From: Eledone cirrhosa
Lineage: Eukaryota
NCBI GenBank assembly: GCA_964016885.1
Contig: CAXHJY010001250.1
Span: 30,306 to 94,305, forward strand
Reading direction: 5' to 3'
DNA length: 64,000 nucleotides
A program made the translations under genes and the position numbers. Below, one piece after another: positions 1-15,089 of the stretch; position 1 is the first letter of the stretch; every line of letters begins with the position of its first letter. The notes beneath the pieces were generated by a model. The model was not told the DNA's origin, made no database searches, and worked only from the letters and a program-made list of their open reading frames with translations.

Positions 1-807
1 AAAAAATCGGGTGGATGTTTCAGGGAAACTCTATTTGCGCTTCTTGTCGCCATGGCCATTGTGACTGCCATATCCTCCTCTGTGACTAACACTGTCTCGA
101 TATTTCGGGCGACACCTGCAAAAGAAGTGCTCCCTTTTTCAGCAGCACCACTATTGCTGCCGCTACTGGTCTTACTGGTGGTGCTGAGATCGCTATTACA
201 GGTATCGGTGTCATTGTTGTTGTTTTCGTTGGTTCAGTTGTTGGTGTTGTTGTTGTTGTTTTCGTTGATACTGTTGCTGTTGTTACTGTTATTGTGGCTG
301 TTGTTATTATTGTTGTTTTTGTTGATACTGTTCCTACTATTATTGTTGTTGTGGCTGTTGTTATGTCATTGTTATTGTCGTTCTCGACCTTACCGCTGTT
401 ATTTTTGTTATTGTCGTTCTCGACTTTACCGCTGTTATTTTTGTTGTTGCTGTTGTTATTGTTGGTGTTATTGTTGGTGAACAATAATGGTAAACAAATG
501 CACATTGATGGCTCAATTTTATATATTTGTCAGGACCACTTTATATTCATTTTCTGATTATTTTATGAAAAAACAAAAGCTTTTAATGCCTTCCTATAGC
601 TTTTGGTCTGCTAGATATGATGCCGGCATTACGTAGCGATAGTCAGGAGGAAAACAAAATAGAAGGATGGCGGGAGAAAAATTTGTGTTTTAAAAGTTTG
701 TGATAAAATCGTAAATTGGGTAAAATAGAAATGAAATGAAAAACAATTCTATTAAAAAGAAGTAAAGAAAAAGCAAGTCTCCATTGATTTTCTCTTGTGT
801 TTATGTT

Positions 808-993
<186 letters not shown>

Positions 994-1144
994 GTGTGTG
1001 TGTGTGTGTGTGTGCGTGTGTGTGTGTGTATTGGGGGAAGTCTATGTGTGTTTGGCAAGTTGTCTACTCTGTTTAGACGTTATTTAGACACTTTTATTAA
1101 TATATCTAAGGAAGCGAAAATAGTGTGTTTTTGAATCAAATATC

Positions 1145-1209
<65 letters not shown>

Positions 1210-1546
1210 ATATAAGAATATATGTATGAGTGTGTGTGTAAATAAAAGCACACAACTTTTTTCAGAACAGTACGAATGTAAGTTATATTTCATTCCTTTC
1301 TGTTTAACTGGAGTTGTTTTTGGTTTAGAATTTCAAACAGAAATATTTTTTAAATATTTTGAATAGTATTTTTTTATGGAGGAAACCGTAATTCAGTAGT
1401 CTACGTTTTTATATTTTCACTATATTTCTTAGGATTTTTTATTTCCTTTTTTTTGTGTTAACTATTTTTGTTTACGCAATGGAAATTTAAAATGAAGAGG
1501 AAAATAAGAATATTATTTAGAAAAGATATAATATATGTATGTGTGA

Positions 1547-1639
<93 letters not shown>

Positions 1640-3043
1640 CGCGCGCGTGTGCATGTATGTACATGCGTATGTGTCTATGTATGTGTGTGTATTTTCGTGA
1701 GTGTGTGCGTCTTTGTTTACTTTTGTGTCCGTGTTTATATCCAGCAACCTTATGTTTCAGCCTAAAAATGTTCGATTAAATAATTAGCAGATATTACAAG
1801 TAGTCGATATGATCGACTAAATTTCGGCGTAGACGTAGAATGCCCGATGTGTAATGATTAAAACCAGTAAAGTTCGAATCTCCCAAAATGCAGTATAGAT
1901 GTTTATTAAAGTGAAAGAGAAGATTTAACATTAGACATAGACCTATAATTTATAGATCAACGCAGCGGAAGGGCACTAAGAAAGCAGTAAATAATGTCGC
2001 AATAATACCGACATCCATTTTGTGCAGCCTTTCAAAAAAAATATATATATATTTTTATTTATTTATTTATTTATTTATTTATTGTAATTGCTAACTGTTG
2101 TCATTCTCGTGTTCGAATATTTCATTCGCAGTTATGACGTCTTTTATTTTCTACGACGATTTCTAGCAAGATGATTTACTACCAAGAGGATGCCACATTG
2201 GTTCTTATTCATTGTGTTTATAAACACACTATCATTAATTTATTTTTGTTTAAGTAGCATCTATATCCTACTTTCGTCTGCTGTTGTTGAATAGATATTC
2301 ATTTTCATAAAGCGATTGTTCTTTGAAAAGCAACACCTACGATATATTTTTCTACGTTACCTGTTATCACAATTGAGAACACTATCTTTCCTACCACTTC
2401 AATAGCGCATGTCATTAGTGATAATGTCAACATTAGTGATAATGTCAACTCCCGTATTACTAGCAATATCACTATTATTGCAACACAAAATAATAATAAT
2501 AATAATTGTTTCTGATTTAGGCACAAGGCCAACAATTATTTTTTGAGGGGGTGAAAGTCAATGAAATCGACCCCAGTAATCGGACACTTGGCGAGTATGT
2601 GCAAGACAGTTTCGGCACCTTGCGTGCATTTCGGACAGGTCCGGCTGACGGTATTTCTTTGCTTATAGAGTTTATGTCAAACTGGCAAGTCCTCTCTGTA
2701 TCAAGGTTAGAATTTCTCGAAGTTTTCCATGTACCCCAGAAAAAAAGTCGTTTAGAAATTATTGGCTTGTTGATTCTCGTAAACACCAGAATCTCCTTAA
2801 GAATATCTAAACCTTCATGGGAAGTCTAGGTGAAGTTTCCTCCGATCGCACTTTCCGATTGACTGAGGGATGTGAGTGCTTAAAGACATACCAAGCGCTT
2901 CCTCCTGGACTTCGCTTGACCCAGGACTGCAGCTCTTTCAAGGAGATGAGCTGTAAAAAACTGCGTCTCGTAAACGGTGACCACATCAGTTCACAGTAGA
3001 GGTCAAGCTGGAGATGCCAATTCTCCACAAAGCGGGTGTTGGC

Positions 3044-3186
3044 AGAAGAAGAAGAAGAAGAAGAAGAAGAAGAAGAAGAAGAAGAAGAAGAAGAAGAAGA
3101 AGAAGAAGAAGAAGAAGAAGAAGAAGAAGAAGAAGAAGAAGAAGAAGAAGAAGAAGAAGAAGAAGAAGAAGAAGAAGAAGAAGAAG
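3044..3186 (+). repeat. (GAA)n microsatellite, possibly the tail of a retroposon remnant at 2581-3043
   Basis: Pure AAG run following a higher-GC unique segment. Confidence 0.85.
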
Positions 3187-4634
3187 AGGAGTAGCACGAT
3201 GTATGTGAGAATGATATCCCCTGCCTTGTGCTGTTGTTGTGTGTGTATGATTAGAGCACTATCTCTGTAACAATGATAAGCTGTAAATTATATCCAATGT
3301 GGTGTGTTAAGTGGCTTACTAATGTATACAGTGAATTTATTTAGCCTGAGGGTCAGGAAGACACTCGGTATACAACAGGAACAATACTGAAGGAAAATAA
3401 AAAAAAAAACAATAAACATAACAATAATAATGGTTTCTACTTTAGGCACAAGTCCATCAATTTGGTGGGAGGGAAAATTCGAATAAATCGATTCCAGTTA
3501 ATGACTGGTACTTTACTTTATCGACTAGAAACATTGCGCCTTCTCATTACCTCCACACAACACCCAACCCCATCATCACCGCCACCATCATCATATTCTT
3601 CGTCACAATCATTACCTCCACTATACCAATATCATCTGTCATCCACACATACATCATTCCCCTCACCATCACTACACCACAGATCACAATCCTAGCCATT
3701 GTCGTTATCTTCAACCCAACTTCATTCCGCTTCCATACAGCCTACAGCACCCTACGGACCCATTCCCTCACCATAACCTTACAGCACCAACGCTAATATA
3801 ATTTATATCGCCTCCATTATCATCATTAGAAGGACCTTCATTACTAACCTTTCTATTAACAGTCATTCTATAGAGCCTCCTTCATCGCCCCGCCTCCAAT
3901 ATCATTACCCTCATCACTGCCCACGCCACCAAATTAGCCGCTACAATAAAATTCTCGTTGTCAATTTCATCCTCATTGTTGTTACAAGACCCTCACCACC
4001 CCACCACCCCAAAACCCACCACACCCTTAATACCACCGCCCCCACAAACATCACTACTACCATGATCACAACCACCACCAGCAACACTATTACTACGTCA
4101 CAACAAACGCACCAATGCCACGACCACCACAACCGATGTTAACACACCAATACCGCCATCACCACATGTAAAGAACAACTACCGCCTTCAACATCACCAC
4201 CTTCAACACAATATAACAACTACACCGACGCCAACTCGCCCACATCACGATCGCCAGTAACACTCTCATCACTTCCCACACCATATTTCCAACACTACCA
4301 TCATCAACCTTATAACAATCAACATTATCAAACTGAATCCACTCTTTATAAGACGCGATACGTACGAACAATGCTATGACATCATGTTTACTCTTCTTAA
4401 ACTGCAATGTAACATTCACTCTCTACTTAAACATATCGTACAAATCATGGAGGGTTTACAACAAGTATCTTTATTCATATATTTTAATTACTACTTTTTT
4501 TTTCTTCGGCTCGGATCACCTTTGTCTCCGAGGAGGCTTTTATGAAAACGTATCTTTGCAGCTTAAGCATGCATTGGTTGTTTGACATATATATATGTGC
4601 TTGTATGTGTGTGTATGTGTGTGTGTATGTGGGG

Positions 4635-4681
<47 letters not shown>

Positions 4682-5329
4682 TGTGTGTGTGTGTGCGTGT
4701 GCGTGCCTGTTTCTATGCGTGTGTGTGTATCTTTATGTGTGTGAATGCATGTTTGTGTGACGCTTACAGCTTAATCCCAAACACAATTGTGGTTAAATAT
4801 AATAGAATATACTTCATGATATGTAATAATTGTCTGAGATGCTGTTAATGCAATGACAGATGCCGCAAACATGAGATCCATCCATCCGCGTAGGCGTGTG
4901 TCTGTCTGTAAAAGAATGCAAGGCATTGTGCATCAAAATGCAGACATGAGATATAGTTAACAACATACTGTTATTAGGTCATTGGTGACTCTCAATTCTA
5001 AGGACATTCTTCAATGAACAGGGACAGACAAGGACGGAAGGGAGAGAGTATGTGAGACAAAGAGAGACAAAAGATAAACTTCCATTGAAGGGGGGAGAGA
5101 GAGTAAAAGAGAGAGAAACAGACAGAAAGAGAGACAGACAGAGAGAAAGACAGAGACAAAGAAAGGGAGAGAGGGAAATAGAGAGAGGGAAAGAGAGAGG
5201 GTGAGGATATATATATGTATATATATATATATCCATCCATATATTTTAAAGTGATTAATATAGTGCAAAATTTCTCATAACGACGTGATTTAAAAGGGAT
5301 ATCTATCTATTTATCTATACATCCATACG

Positions 5330-5435
<106 letters not shown>

Positions 5436-5729
5436 GTTTAACGCTGGAGATAACAAGGAACTAATTAGATTTTAGATACGTTGTATCAATAGGTAACCTG
5501 CACGGATATACATATTCTTCACTATCAAGTTAAGTTATCTTTTCTTGTTGGTTTTGTCTTGTACCATTATTTTAATACAAACTGTATATTTTAATCATTT
5601 TTTCTAATTATGTTTTCCAATATTCATATATTTTCCAATATTCATCCATGTTAATTTAACTTGCAGCAGCTTTTTCTAGACGTTTCTTTGTTTTCCATAT
5701 TTCATTTAATTCAAAATATAACAACCACG

Positions 5730-6372
<643 letters not shown>

Positions 6373-6740
6373 CTACAGATTGTGTGTGTATCTATTTGTA
6401 CGGTGATGATAAAACATGTGCCTTTTCAAGATGTTTGGTATTATAAAGCAGCATATTCTAAATTATATTCCTTGAGGTTATCCAAGTTTTCCTGTTTTTA
6501 TATATTAGGCTTGTACATATTTATACAGACATTTTATTTTTCAATTAGATATTTTAAGTAGTTCAATAAAACAGGAAATATAATTACACTTGTTTAATTG
6601 CACTTGTTTAAGTAGTTGAATAAAATATGAAATCCGTAGGCTAGAAAAAACTCGACGAAAATGTATGAGAATCGTTAACTGGGTATGCTACAGTACCTCA
6701 TAAATATAGCACACACACAAAATAAATTCTCTACATGTAA

Positions 6741-6809
<69 letters not shown>

Positions 6810-7055
6810 CATATATATATATACAAATATATAATTATACATGTCTGTGAGTTTAATATGATCATATTGGGGACACACAGTTCTGTTTCGATCTCGTTCC
6901 TCGAACATACTCTCGCTATTAACAATTTACATCTACTGTGGCAACCGGTTGTGCAAATATCTGTGAGTACAGTTTAAACGTTGGAAAATATACATTCACA
7001 CGCACACACACACACACACATACACTCACACATACACACACACCCACACACACAT

Positions 7056-7174
<119 letters not shown>

Positions 7175-8075
7175 GGAACTACCAGAGCTCATCACTCTCC
7201 GAGTTTGTACACAGTCGATTTCTTCACAAGAATGATGAAAGGTAATGAGAGAAAGAGGTATACGAGACAAATCACCGTCAGTACTGAGCTGGTAATTTTT
7301 GTATCGATCTCGAGATTTGAACTCAGAGCTCAGAGAACCGGAATTTTCTAACTACTTTGCAAATTCTCTGCCATACATTACATCAGACAACACAAAAGAA
7401 AACTATATTGCAAACCACTAGTGAAATACACATCTATACTTTACATACGCATCCTCCTACACAATATAAAATATGATTAATGATGTAAGCAATATTCTGT
7501 CCATATAACAAAGCCAGAAGAGCAAACATACACGAGTCACAAATAAAAATAAATATTTATCTAATGGTGCTTTAGCCAAAATTCAAATTTCAGCACTATG
7601 TTGAGACCAATCAAATTGGCAGGGTCCATTATAAAGAGGCTGCAGTACATCTGATGGCGTAGCCTTCTAAATATAACGTGCGAATCTTCGTCAAAACATA
7701 ACTTAACATCTTAATAAAGGACACAGTGGATAAAGTTGTTCTAGGTGCGTGTGTGCATGTGTCACTATCTTTTAGATTTTGACCTTTAAACACTTCTCAT
7801 TTGATATGCTTTAAGCAGAAAACGTTTAGTTCATGTTAAGGCACACAATAACAGCAATAAAAGTCGGACTATATATATAATTATACAAAGAGGGTGTAGT
7901 AAGATACGAGGTTCGAATATAGCTGTCGAAACGGCCGGAACTTGGCCATCGGTATCCTGACTCGTTTTCTATATATATAATGTGGAAATAATGCGGAAAT
8001 AAATGTTTTGCTATCATTCTGTGAGAAAATCCCTTTAGCATTTTCTACCGTTTTTTTTTCTTTTATACTATTATG

Positions 8076-8170
<95 letters not shown>

Positions 8171-8865
8171 CATCCTCTTTGAGAAATAAAGATATATAGT
8201 CGCTAAAAGATTGCAATGGTTATGCCTTTATCCAGTTGTCACAAGTGGATACCAGAAGGAAAAAGTGTACCTAATAGTGGACCATGAAAAGCCAGACATT
8301 CTCTGGTTGTATAAATGCTGATGAGTACTATTCTGGCTGGCCCTACTGTCAGAAAGAGCAACAATCACGAAGATACCCAATCCACATCTGCTAAACAAGA
8401 ATTAAAACGTTGCAAGCTGCATGTTAAATATTTCAAAGTATCGTTTATTTTAATTGACCAAAGTACATAAATATTGCCTTTAAATACATACATATCCAGA
8501 TACAAACAAACTGGAACACGCTAAAAAACGTACAGTTACACACATACATATAAGTATGCATGAAATACGTATATGTATGTATATATACAGATATGTACAT
8601 ATACATATATGAATATATATATATATATATATATAAAATTTCAAGTTATCAATAATGTAGTGATAATATATCGTCACGTTAGAGATGAACAGCATACATG
8701 TAGGTTTGCTCAACAAGTATAAATTATATTCCGGAGAAAATGTAGAAAAGATGAATATAAAATGAAAGTGCTTTTATAAAGAAATTTATTAGGTATTGAC
8801 ATATTTTTCTGTAACAGACAGAATACCTATGTATCGCTGATTGCGTAATCATATCATGTTAGCAA

Positions 8866-9080
8866 GTGTTACAATCGTTTCGCCGGCGGACAGTTCAAGA
8901 CACGATCATTGTGTGGATCTGTCTGATTCAGAAACAGACAGATCCACACAATGATCGTGTCTCGAGCTGTCCGCCGGCAAAACGATTGTAACACACAATA
9001 AATTGAGTTCAGATGCATCACTGATTTTTCGCTTTATATTATATCATACTCTAGTCTGTAAGAGCATAGAGTGCTCAACT
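8866..9080. mobile_element. Hairpin element (60-bp arms) related to 40884-41195
   Basis: Arms 8866-8925 and 8935-8994, followed by caataaattgagttcagatgcatcactgatttttcg, shared with the 40.9-kb element. Confidence 0.8.
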
Positions 9081-9117
9081 GGCATACCGCCTATGGAAGC
9101 ATCTTAGCTACCATCAG

Positions 9118-9184
<67 letters not shown>

Positions 9185-9596
9185 TGTGTGTGTGCATATA
9201 CCTACATACACACACTTGTATTCCTTTGTTCTTTTGTTTTAGTCATTAGTCCCGTGCCATAAGAGGCATCACTCATTGTCCTTGACGTCATATCAATTAA
9301 TGTTTCGTTTTTCGTCTCTTACTCCACTAGAGGGCTTTTGGATTATGTCAGACGTTGTAACACCAGGTGGACCAGCAGTACCGTTGGTGGGGGTCGAAGC
9401 TGCCAAAGTCTATCTCAACGGCCGATGACCCTCGTGTTCTGTGTCTTTCGTTTGTGCGTTTATTTTTAGAATATTTTTTTTTTAGATTCCGGTTAAACAA
9501 TTGTTTTTCGTTTTACCTTTTTTCCGTTCGTTGACTTGTCCTCTCTTTATTCATTTAAGTTTATATAAATACCAACACACACACACACACACACAC

Positions 9597-9654
<58 letters not shown>

Positions 9655-11949
9655 GAAGATGAAAGAAATATGAAGACAGACTACACATCTAGAATGTATA
9701 TTTTGTTTAGCCCTTAATGATTTTCGATATTTTTATTTGCATGTGCATATATAGTTGTATATATATACACACACTATATTGTTTGTATATATATTTCCAG
9801 TACATTTATGTATTCACACAAAAGATACGTTCATGTTTTATGTTGTATCTCTTATCAACATACACACTCACACACACACACACACACACATCCTTTCTCT
9901 TCTCGTGTGCATGAACACAACGCATATCTATATCAAGCAATTTTATCAAATATAATCTTGAAATGTTTAAACAACCACAAAAATAACGAAAGAAATAAAC
10001 TAGACACATCTGACCACCCACATCGTCATTACCTCGGAAGAGGATGTGACATCTGCTATAAAGAACACACATGTCCATTAATAGCAGATGTCTTTCCTAC
10101 TTCATCTCTGCTTTTCCCTTTCTATCTCTAATTTTTCATTCACTCACTATCTCTTCCACGCCTTCTTCTTTCTCTCTTTCTGCATATTTTCCTTGTGTCA
10201 CTCAATCCCTGAATGACACCTAAATATATATATAAATTTATATGTGTGTGTGTGGGTGTGTGTGGTGTGTCTGTGGGTGTGTGTGGTGTGTCTGCGTGTG
10301 TACCTGTGTGTATGAGCGTGCGTGTTTGAGTGTGTGTGACTGTGTATGTGTGTATATATATATATAGTGGCTCCCTTCGAATCACTCCACCTTTCTTCGT
10401 TCTACTAATTCCTTCGGTCCTATTTTACTCAACACAAATAACAGGCGACAAAGATTATATATAATATTGGGATAAAATGCCAATGTTTTATGCTGTGTTA
10501 ATCAAATGGGGTAATTTTTTGAGATTGTAAACATTGTGTCTGAACAAACACTGACTGATAATACTTTGATTCTCTAGGGAAGAATCATGTTTATTTTGTT
10601 GCGATATTTATCCGTTTTTTCCCTCGATATGCTGAAAGAAATTTATGCTTAAAGAAATGTATAACTTTTATAGTGGCGTTTGGCCTGACGTTTGCAAACA
10701 ACGTGGGAGCAGGAATGGCGTTGCCGCTACGATATCTCGTCTTTAGGCAATTAAATTCGGTAGCTTCTTGTTGAAGCCACGTTATTTGAATTGATATGTA
10801 AATACATACATGTATATGTGCCTCTGTATATATAAATATATATGTTAATAAAAGATCGGAGACCATATTCAGTTGATTCAGTTTTATTTAAAACTCCGTT
10901 ATACATATTTCACTGAGGAGTATCAATTATGATAGCTTGAGCTCTTTTGACGGCAAAACCTAAAATAAATATTAAAGTTCCCAATAAATTTTAAAGTTTG
11001 GAAAAATCTAATAACTTCGCGGAAAAAAATATTTTCTTCTCATGTTACAGGGAGGCCAGCCGAACGTCTGGTGTTGTTTCTTCGACGGCCGGCCCCTGTA
11101 TGACCTCAAGTGTTTTGGGGGAAGTGCTGGTCAGACTAGGAAGTAACGAAAACGGTTGGTAGCCCTTCTCCCTCCCCTCTCTATCACTAACTGTTGTGGT
11201 GGTAGTGACAGCGGCTGCTATAACAGTAGTAACAACCAACCCCTCTCAGCCACCTATTGTCTACAGGTCTCCAACAACTGTGAATATTATATCTGATACC
11301 AAAATTAACTATATAAGAATTAGATTAAAATGCAATAAATAAACTAATTAATTAATTAATTAATTATGAACAAGAGGAATGTTTATATTGAATATATGTA
11401 TGTGTGTGTGTGTACTTCGATATATAGCCTACACACACACATACACACATATGTATATATATATAAGTTATGTCTGGACTTAAGCTGCTGTTGTCCTTCT
11501 TGGAAAAATGCATCAAAGATATTCTAAAACGTATTTGTTATACTTGTTTAATCGTTAGTTTATCCAATCTTTGAAATCGGTGGTCTTGCCTTCGCTAAAT
11601 GAAATCGTGCCGCTGAAAAACATTTAACGTGAAGTGTGGTACTTACATTTTGTAAACCCATATCGTTTCCACATCATACTTGTCTTTATATCTCTAGCAA
11701 TGTCAGAATATACATCAACACGCACACTTACATAGAAACATACACAGACATACATTTAGACGAAATAACAATAGAAGGACATCGAATAGGAAAATTACAT
11801 GCATTGGAACAATTTAGAAAAAAGGCTGATTATGCCATATAAGTAATGAATTAATTTCCATGCTAAGAGTCAAAGTTAATGTCCATGCTTAAGTGAAAAG
11901 GAATCAACTGATCACTTGAACCCACATATACACAAATATATATATATAG

Positions 11950-12868
11950 AGAGAAAATTGAGGTTGGTAATGGCACATGGAATATATAAGAGACAGAATA
12001 CTTTTTTGTGAAAAAACATAATTTGATAAGGTAAGGAAATAATAAAGGGTATAAAAAATGACCGGTTTCGATGGGTCTGCAAAAGCCATCTTTTCAAATG
12101 TTGATTAATATTAAGAAAAATTAATAATACGAAGAGTTAAAATTTGAGATTTGAAAATTCAAGTATAAAATTCATTGTGGGATTTCATAGCAGTTTTCAT
12201 CTAGGTAGCAACAACAGGTTGACTGCTGTGTCCCTTTCTGGTAGTGAATGAGAAGTTATTTGGGGTGTGGGTTATTTTATAAAGGTCAGATTTAGCAATC
12301 GCCAACTGGCCAGCTGCTGGTCAGTGACGGGGTGGAAGCAATATACATACACATATCTTCCTGTGGTGGGTAGGAAAGTGGAGCGTGATAGAAAGGGATT
12401 TAGTCCACTTTCCTACCCACCACAGGAAGATATGTGTATGTATATTGCTTCCACCCCCTCACTGACCAGCAGCTGGCCAGTTGGCGATTGCTAAATCTGA
12501 CCTTTATAAAATAACCCACACCCCAAATAACTTCTCATTCACTACCAGAAAGGGACACAGCAGTCAACCTGTTGTTGCTACCTAGATGAAAACTTCTATG
12601 AAATCCCACAATGAATTTTATACTTGAATTTTCAAATCTCAAATTTTAACTCTTCGTATTATTAATTTTTCTTAATATTAATCAACATTTGAAAAGATGG
12701 CTTTTGCAGACCCATCGAAACCGGTCATTTTTTGATACCCTTTATTATTTCCTTACCTTATAAAATTATGTTTTTTCACAAAAAAGTATTCTGTCTCTTA
12801 TATATTCCATGTGCCATTACCAACCTCAATTTTCTCTATAACCTTCGTTTTGTGTAGAAAATTACACT

Positions 12869-12872
<4 letters not shown>
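11950..12872. mobile_element. Near-perfect ~890-bp palindromic element with ~35-bp tail, in (TA)n
   Basis: Arms 11950-12382 and 12404-12837, 21-nt loop, only a handful of mismatches. Confidence 0.9.
12681..12736 (+). ncRNA. Hammerhead-like motif with U3-A8 core (mirror copy on minus strand at about 12053-12106)
   Basis: UUGAAAA-GAUGG-11 nt-CCAUC-GAAA-CCGG-UC; stem I weak. Confidence 0.6.
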
Positions 12873-12917
<45 letters not shown>

Positions 12918-12920
<3 letters not shown>

Positions 12921-13022
12921 ATAATAATAAATTTGAAGACTAAAATCCAAAGAGGGCTCGATAAGGATAAATATATATCAAATATATAAGAACTGTAGAG
13001 CAATAATCTGTTATTTTAATAA

Positions 13023-13025
<3 letters not shown>
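12918..13025. mobile_element. Minimal derivative of the 42.8-45.2-kb PLE (tail plus ~20 bp of inverted arm)
   Basis: 12918-13004 is the reverse complement of about 45091-45178; taatctgttattttaataaat is the arm end in the opposite orientation; (TA)n on both sides. Confidence 0.8.
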
Positions 13026-13062
<37 letters not shown>

Positions 13063-13212
13063 ATACACACAGATATCCACGGTAAGTTGTGGGGTCTAGT
13101 TTGCATGAAGAACTCAATGAAATACATATGTTGAAAATATTATAGGTTAAAATAAATCCCAGCAAACAATAAAACATTAAAAGGAAAACGGAATCATTAT
13201 ATAAGTAAAAAC

Positions 13213-13487
13213 AATGAAATAAAAATTCAAGTCATTAGTAATATACTTCACTGCTTTACGATCATTTCTAGGTGATGATAATATAAGTAAATTATTTAGT
13301 TACATGCATATCACCAGCTTTTGCCAACAGCTGGCGATATCTATGTAAGTAAATATTTTCCTTATCTGATATTTTGTAACTAACCTTACATAGATCGATA
13401 ACGAAGTACGGTTATGATGTATTATCATCACCTAGAAACGATCGTAAAGCAGTGAAGTATATTTCTAATGACTCGAATTTTTATTTC

Positions 13488-13490
<3 letters not shown>
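13213..13490. mobile_element. Inverted-repeat element (~70-bp arms) next to (TA)n
   Basis: Arms 13213-13283 and 13420-13490; GAAACGATCGTA at 13435-13446; related fragment at about 31835-31915. Confidence 0.8.
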
Positions 13491-13532
<42 letters not shown>

Positions 13533-14318
13533 CATTGATACAAACTTTATCCCCAAACCTCGTTTATTCATCGAAAACGGACTTAAATAACATTATCATT
13601 CAGCACACAATCAAATCATTGCATCATTAAATTATACGAACGACCAGTAAAGTCATTCTTATCTTATTTTGAAATATCTTACTGTACCAGATTTTCTTAA
13701 TTTTCCACTGTATATGACTTGCAATATAAATGACTTCTACATGGAGAGAGCTGTTTCATTCGTTTCATTACAAACGATTGAAACAATTTTCATTTTAGAG
13801 AAGTTATTTTTATTTGAAACTAGACCACCCGTTACCCGTTGGGTAACGTTCACTTCAAAATATTTTAACAAAATCATGTTCACATAAAAATAATCATTAA
13901 ATAATTAAAATATACAAACACATGTATATAACGTGAAATTTAAAATGAAGGCCCATATATATACGTATAGGTGTGTGTATGTATATATATAAATATATAA
14001 ATAAACATGTGTATGTATGTGTGTGTGGGTGTGTATGTGTGTGTGAGTCTGTGGTACATCAGCTTATAAATGTACCCGGTAAAACCCCATATCTGGGAAG
14101 CCCGATTTCCGCGAAACTTGTTTTATTATATTTGTATTCCCAATTCGGGGTGAGCCTCCTTTCAAAGTATTTTCCCATTGTGCGCCCTTTTGGCTGTATT
14201 ACATTACAGACAAGCAAGCAAGCAATAACTTTTAATATTATATAGATAAATATGTATCATCGCTATTTATACATATTTAAACTGTTGCTCCGTTTATTTT
14301 CGAACAACCTTTTCTCAA

Positions 14319-14377
<59 letters not shown>

Positions 14378-14399
14378 TTATTATTATTATTATTGTTAT

Positions 14400-15072
14400 T
14401 ACTTTTTGAGTCTCAGTCATTGATGTTAGTTAACTGGAAAGTTTGTTGAAATGAATATCAAGCCACTACCTGCAGCCTCAGATATTCAGGACGTATCGGA
14501 GGGTTATTGCTGTTCCCAGCAAGCATGGCTTTTGAAGCGTTCCAAAAAGTGTGAAGGGGCCAATTTTCTTTAACCATCCCTGGAAACTTTTTGAGATAGT
14601 CCCTAGTGCGCCTATGACAATCGAGATCACTTTGACTTCATGGCAGTTCCAAATCCTTTTTACCTCCCACTTTAAGTCCTGGTATCGGTTAATTTTCTCC
14701 CTCTCCTTCTCTTGCACTCTCGTGTCGAATGGGCAGGCCACATCCACAATCAGGCACGATCTTTTTTCTTTGTCCAAAACCACCAGGTCAGGTCTATTGT
14801 GTTCCAGTTTCTTGTCCATCTGTATCCTAAAATCCCACAGCACCTTCACCTGATCGTTTTCTATCATCGCCTCTGGCTTATGCTCATACCACTTCTCAGA
14901 ATGTGGAAAATTGTTTACTTTGCATAGGTGCCAGTGGATCACCGTGCCCATCACATCATATCTCCAGCCCTTATAGTGAGTCTGGGCTAGGTGTTTACAC
15001 TCGGATACAATGTGAGCCACAGTCTCCTCGCTCCACAGATCCTGCACAGTGGGCTAGCCTCCTCCTTGAAAA
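14400..15072 (-). mobile_element. R4/Dong-like element, family B, 5'-truncated copy
   Basis: ORF 14478-15047 has ETVAHIVSEC, VLWDF, RPDLVV, IVDVACP, K..RY, GALG; a different 3' UTR from family A; flanked by (ATT)n. Confidence 0.9.
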
Positions 15073-15089
15073 TTATTATTATTATTATT

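Noticed and set aside
52-557. Leu-rich and mucin-like Thr-rich ORFs with a 36-bp tandem duplication
   Set aside because: Degenerate (GTT)n low-complexity sequence that is open in several frames.
8338-8380. CTGATGAG followed by GAAA as a hammerhead
   Set aside because: No convincing stems I, II or III.
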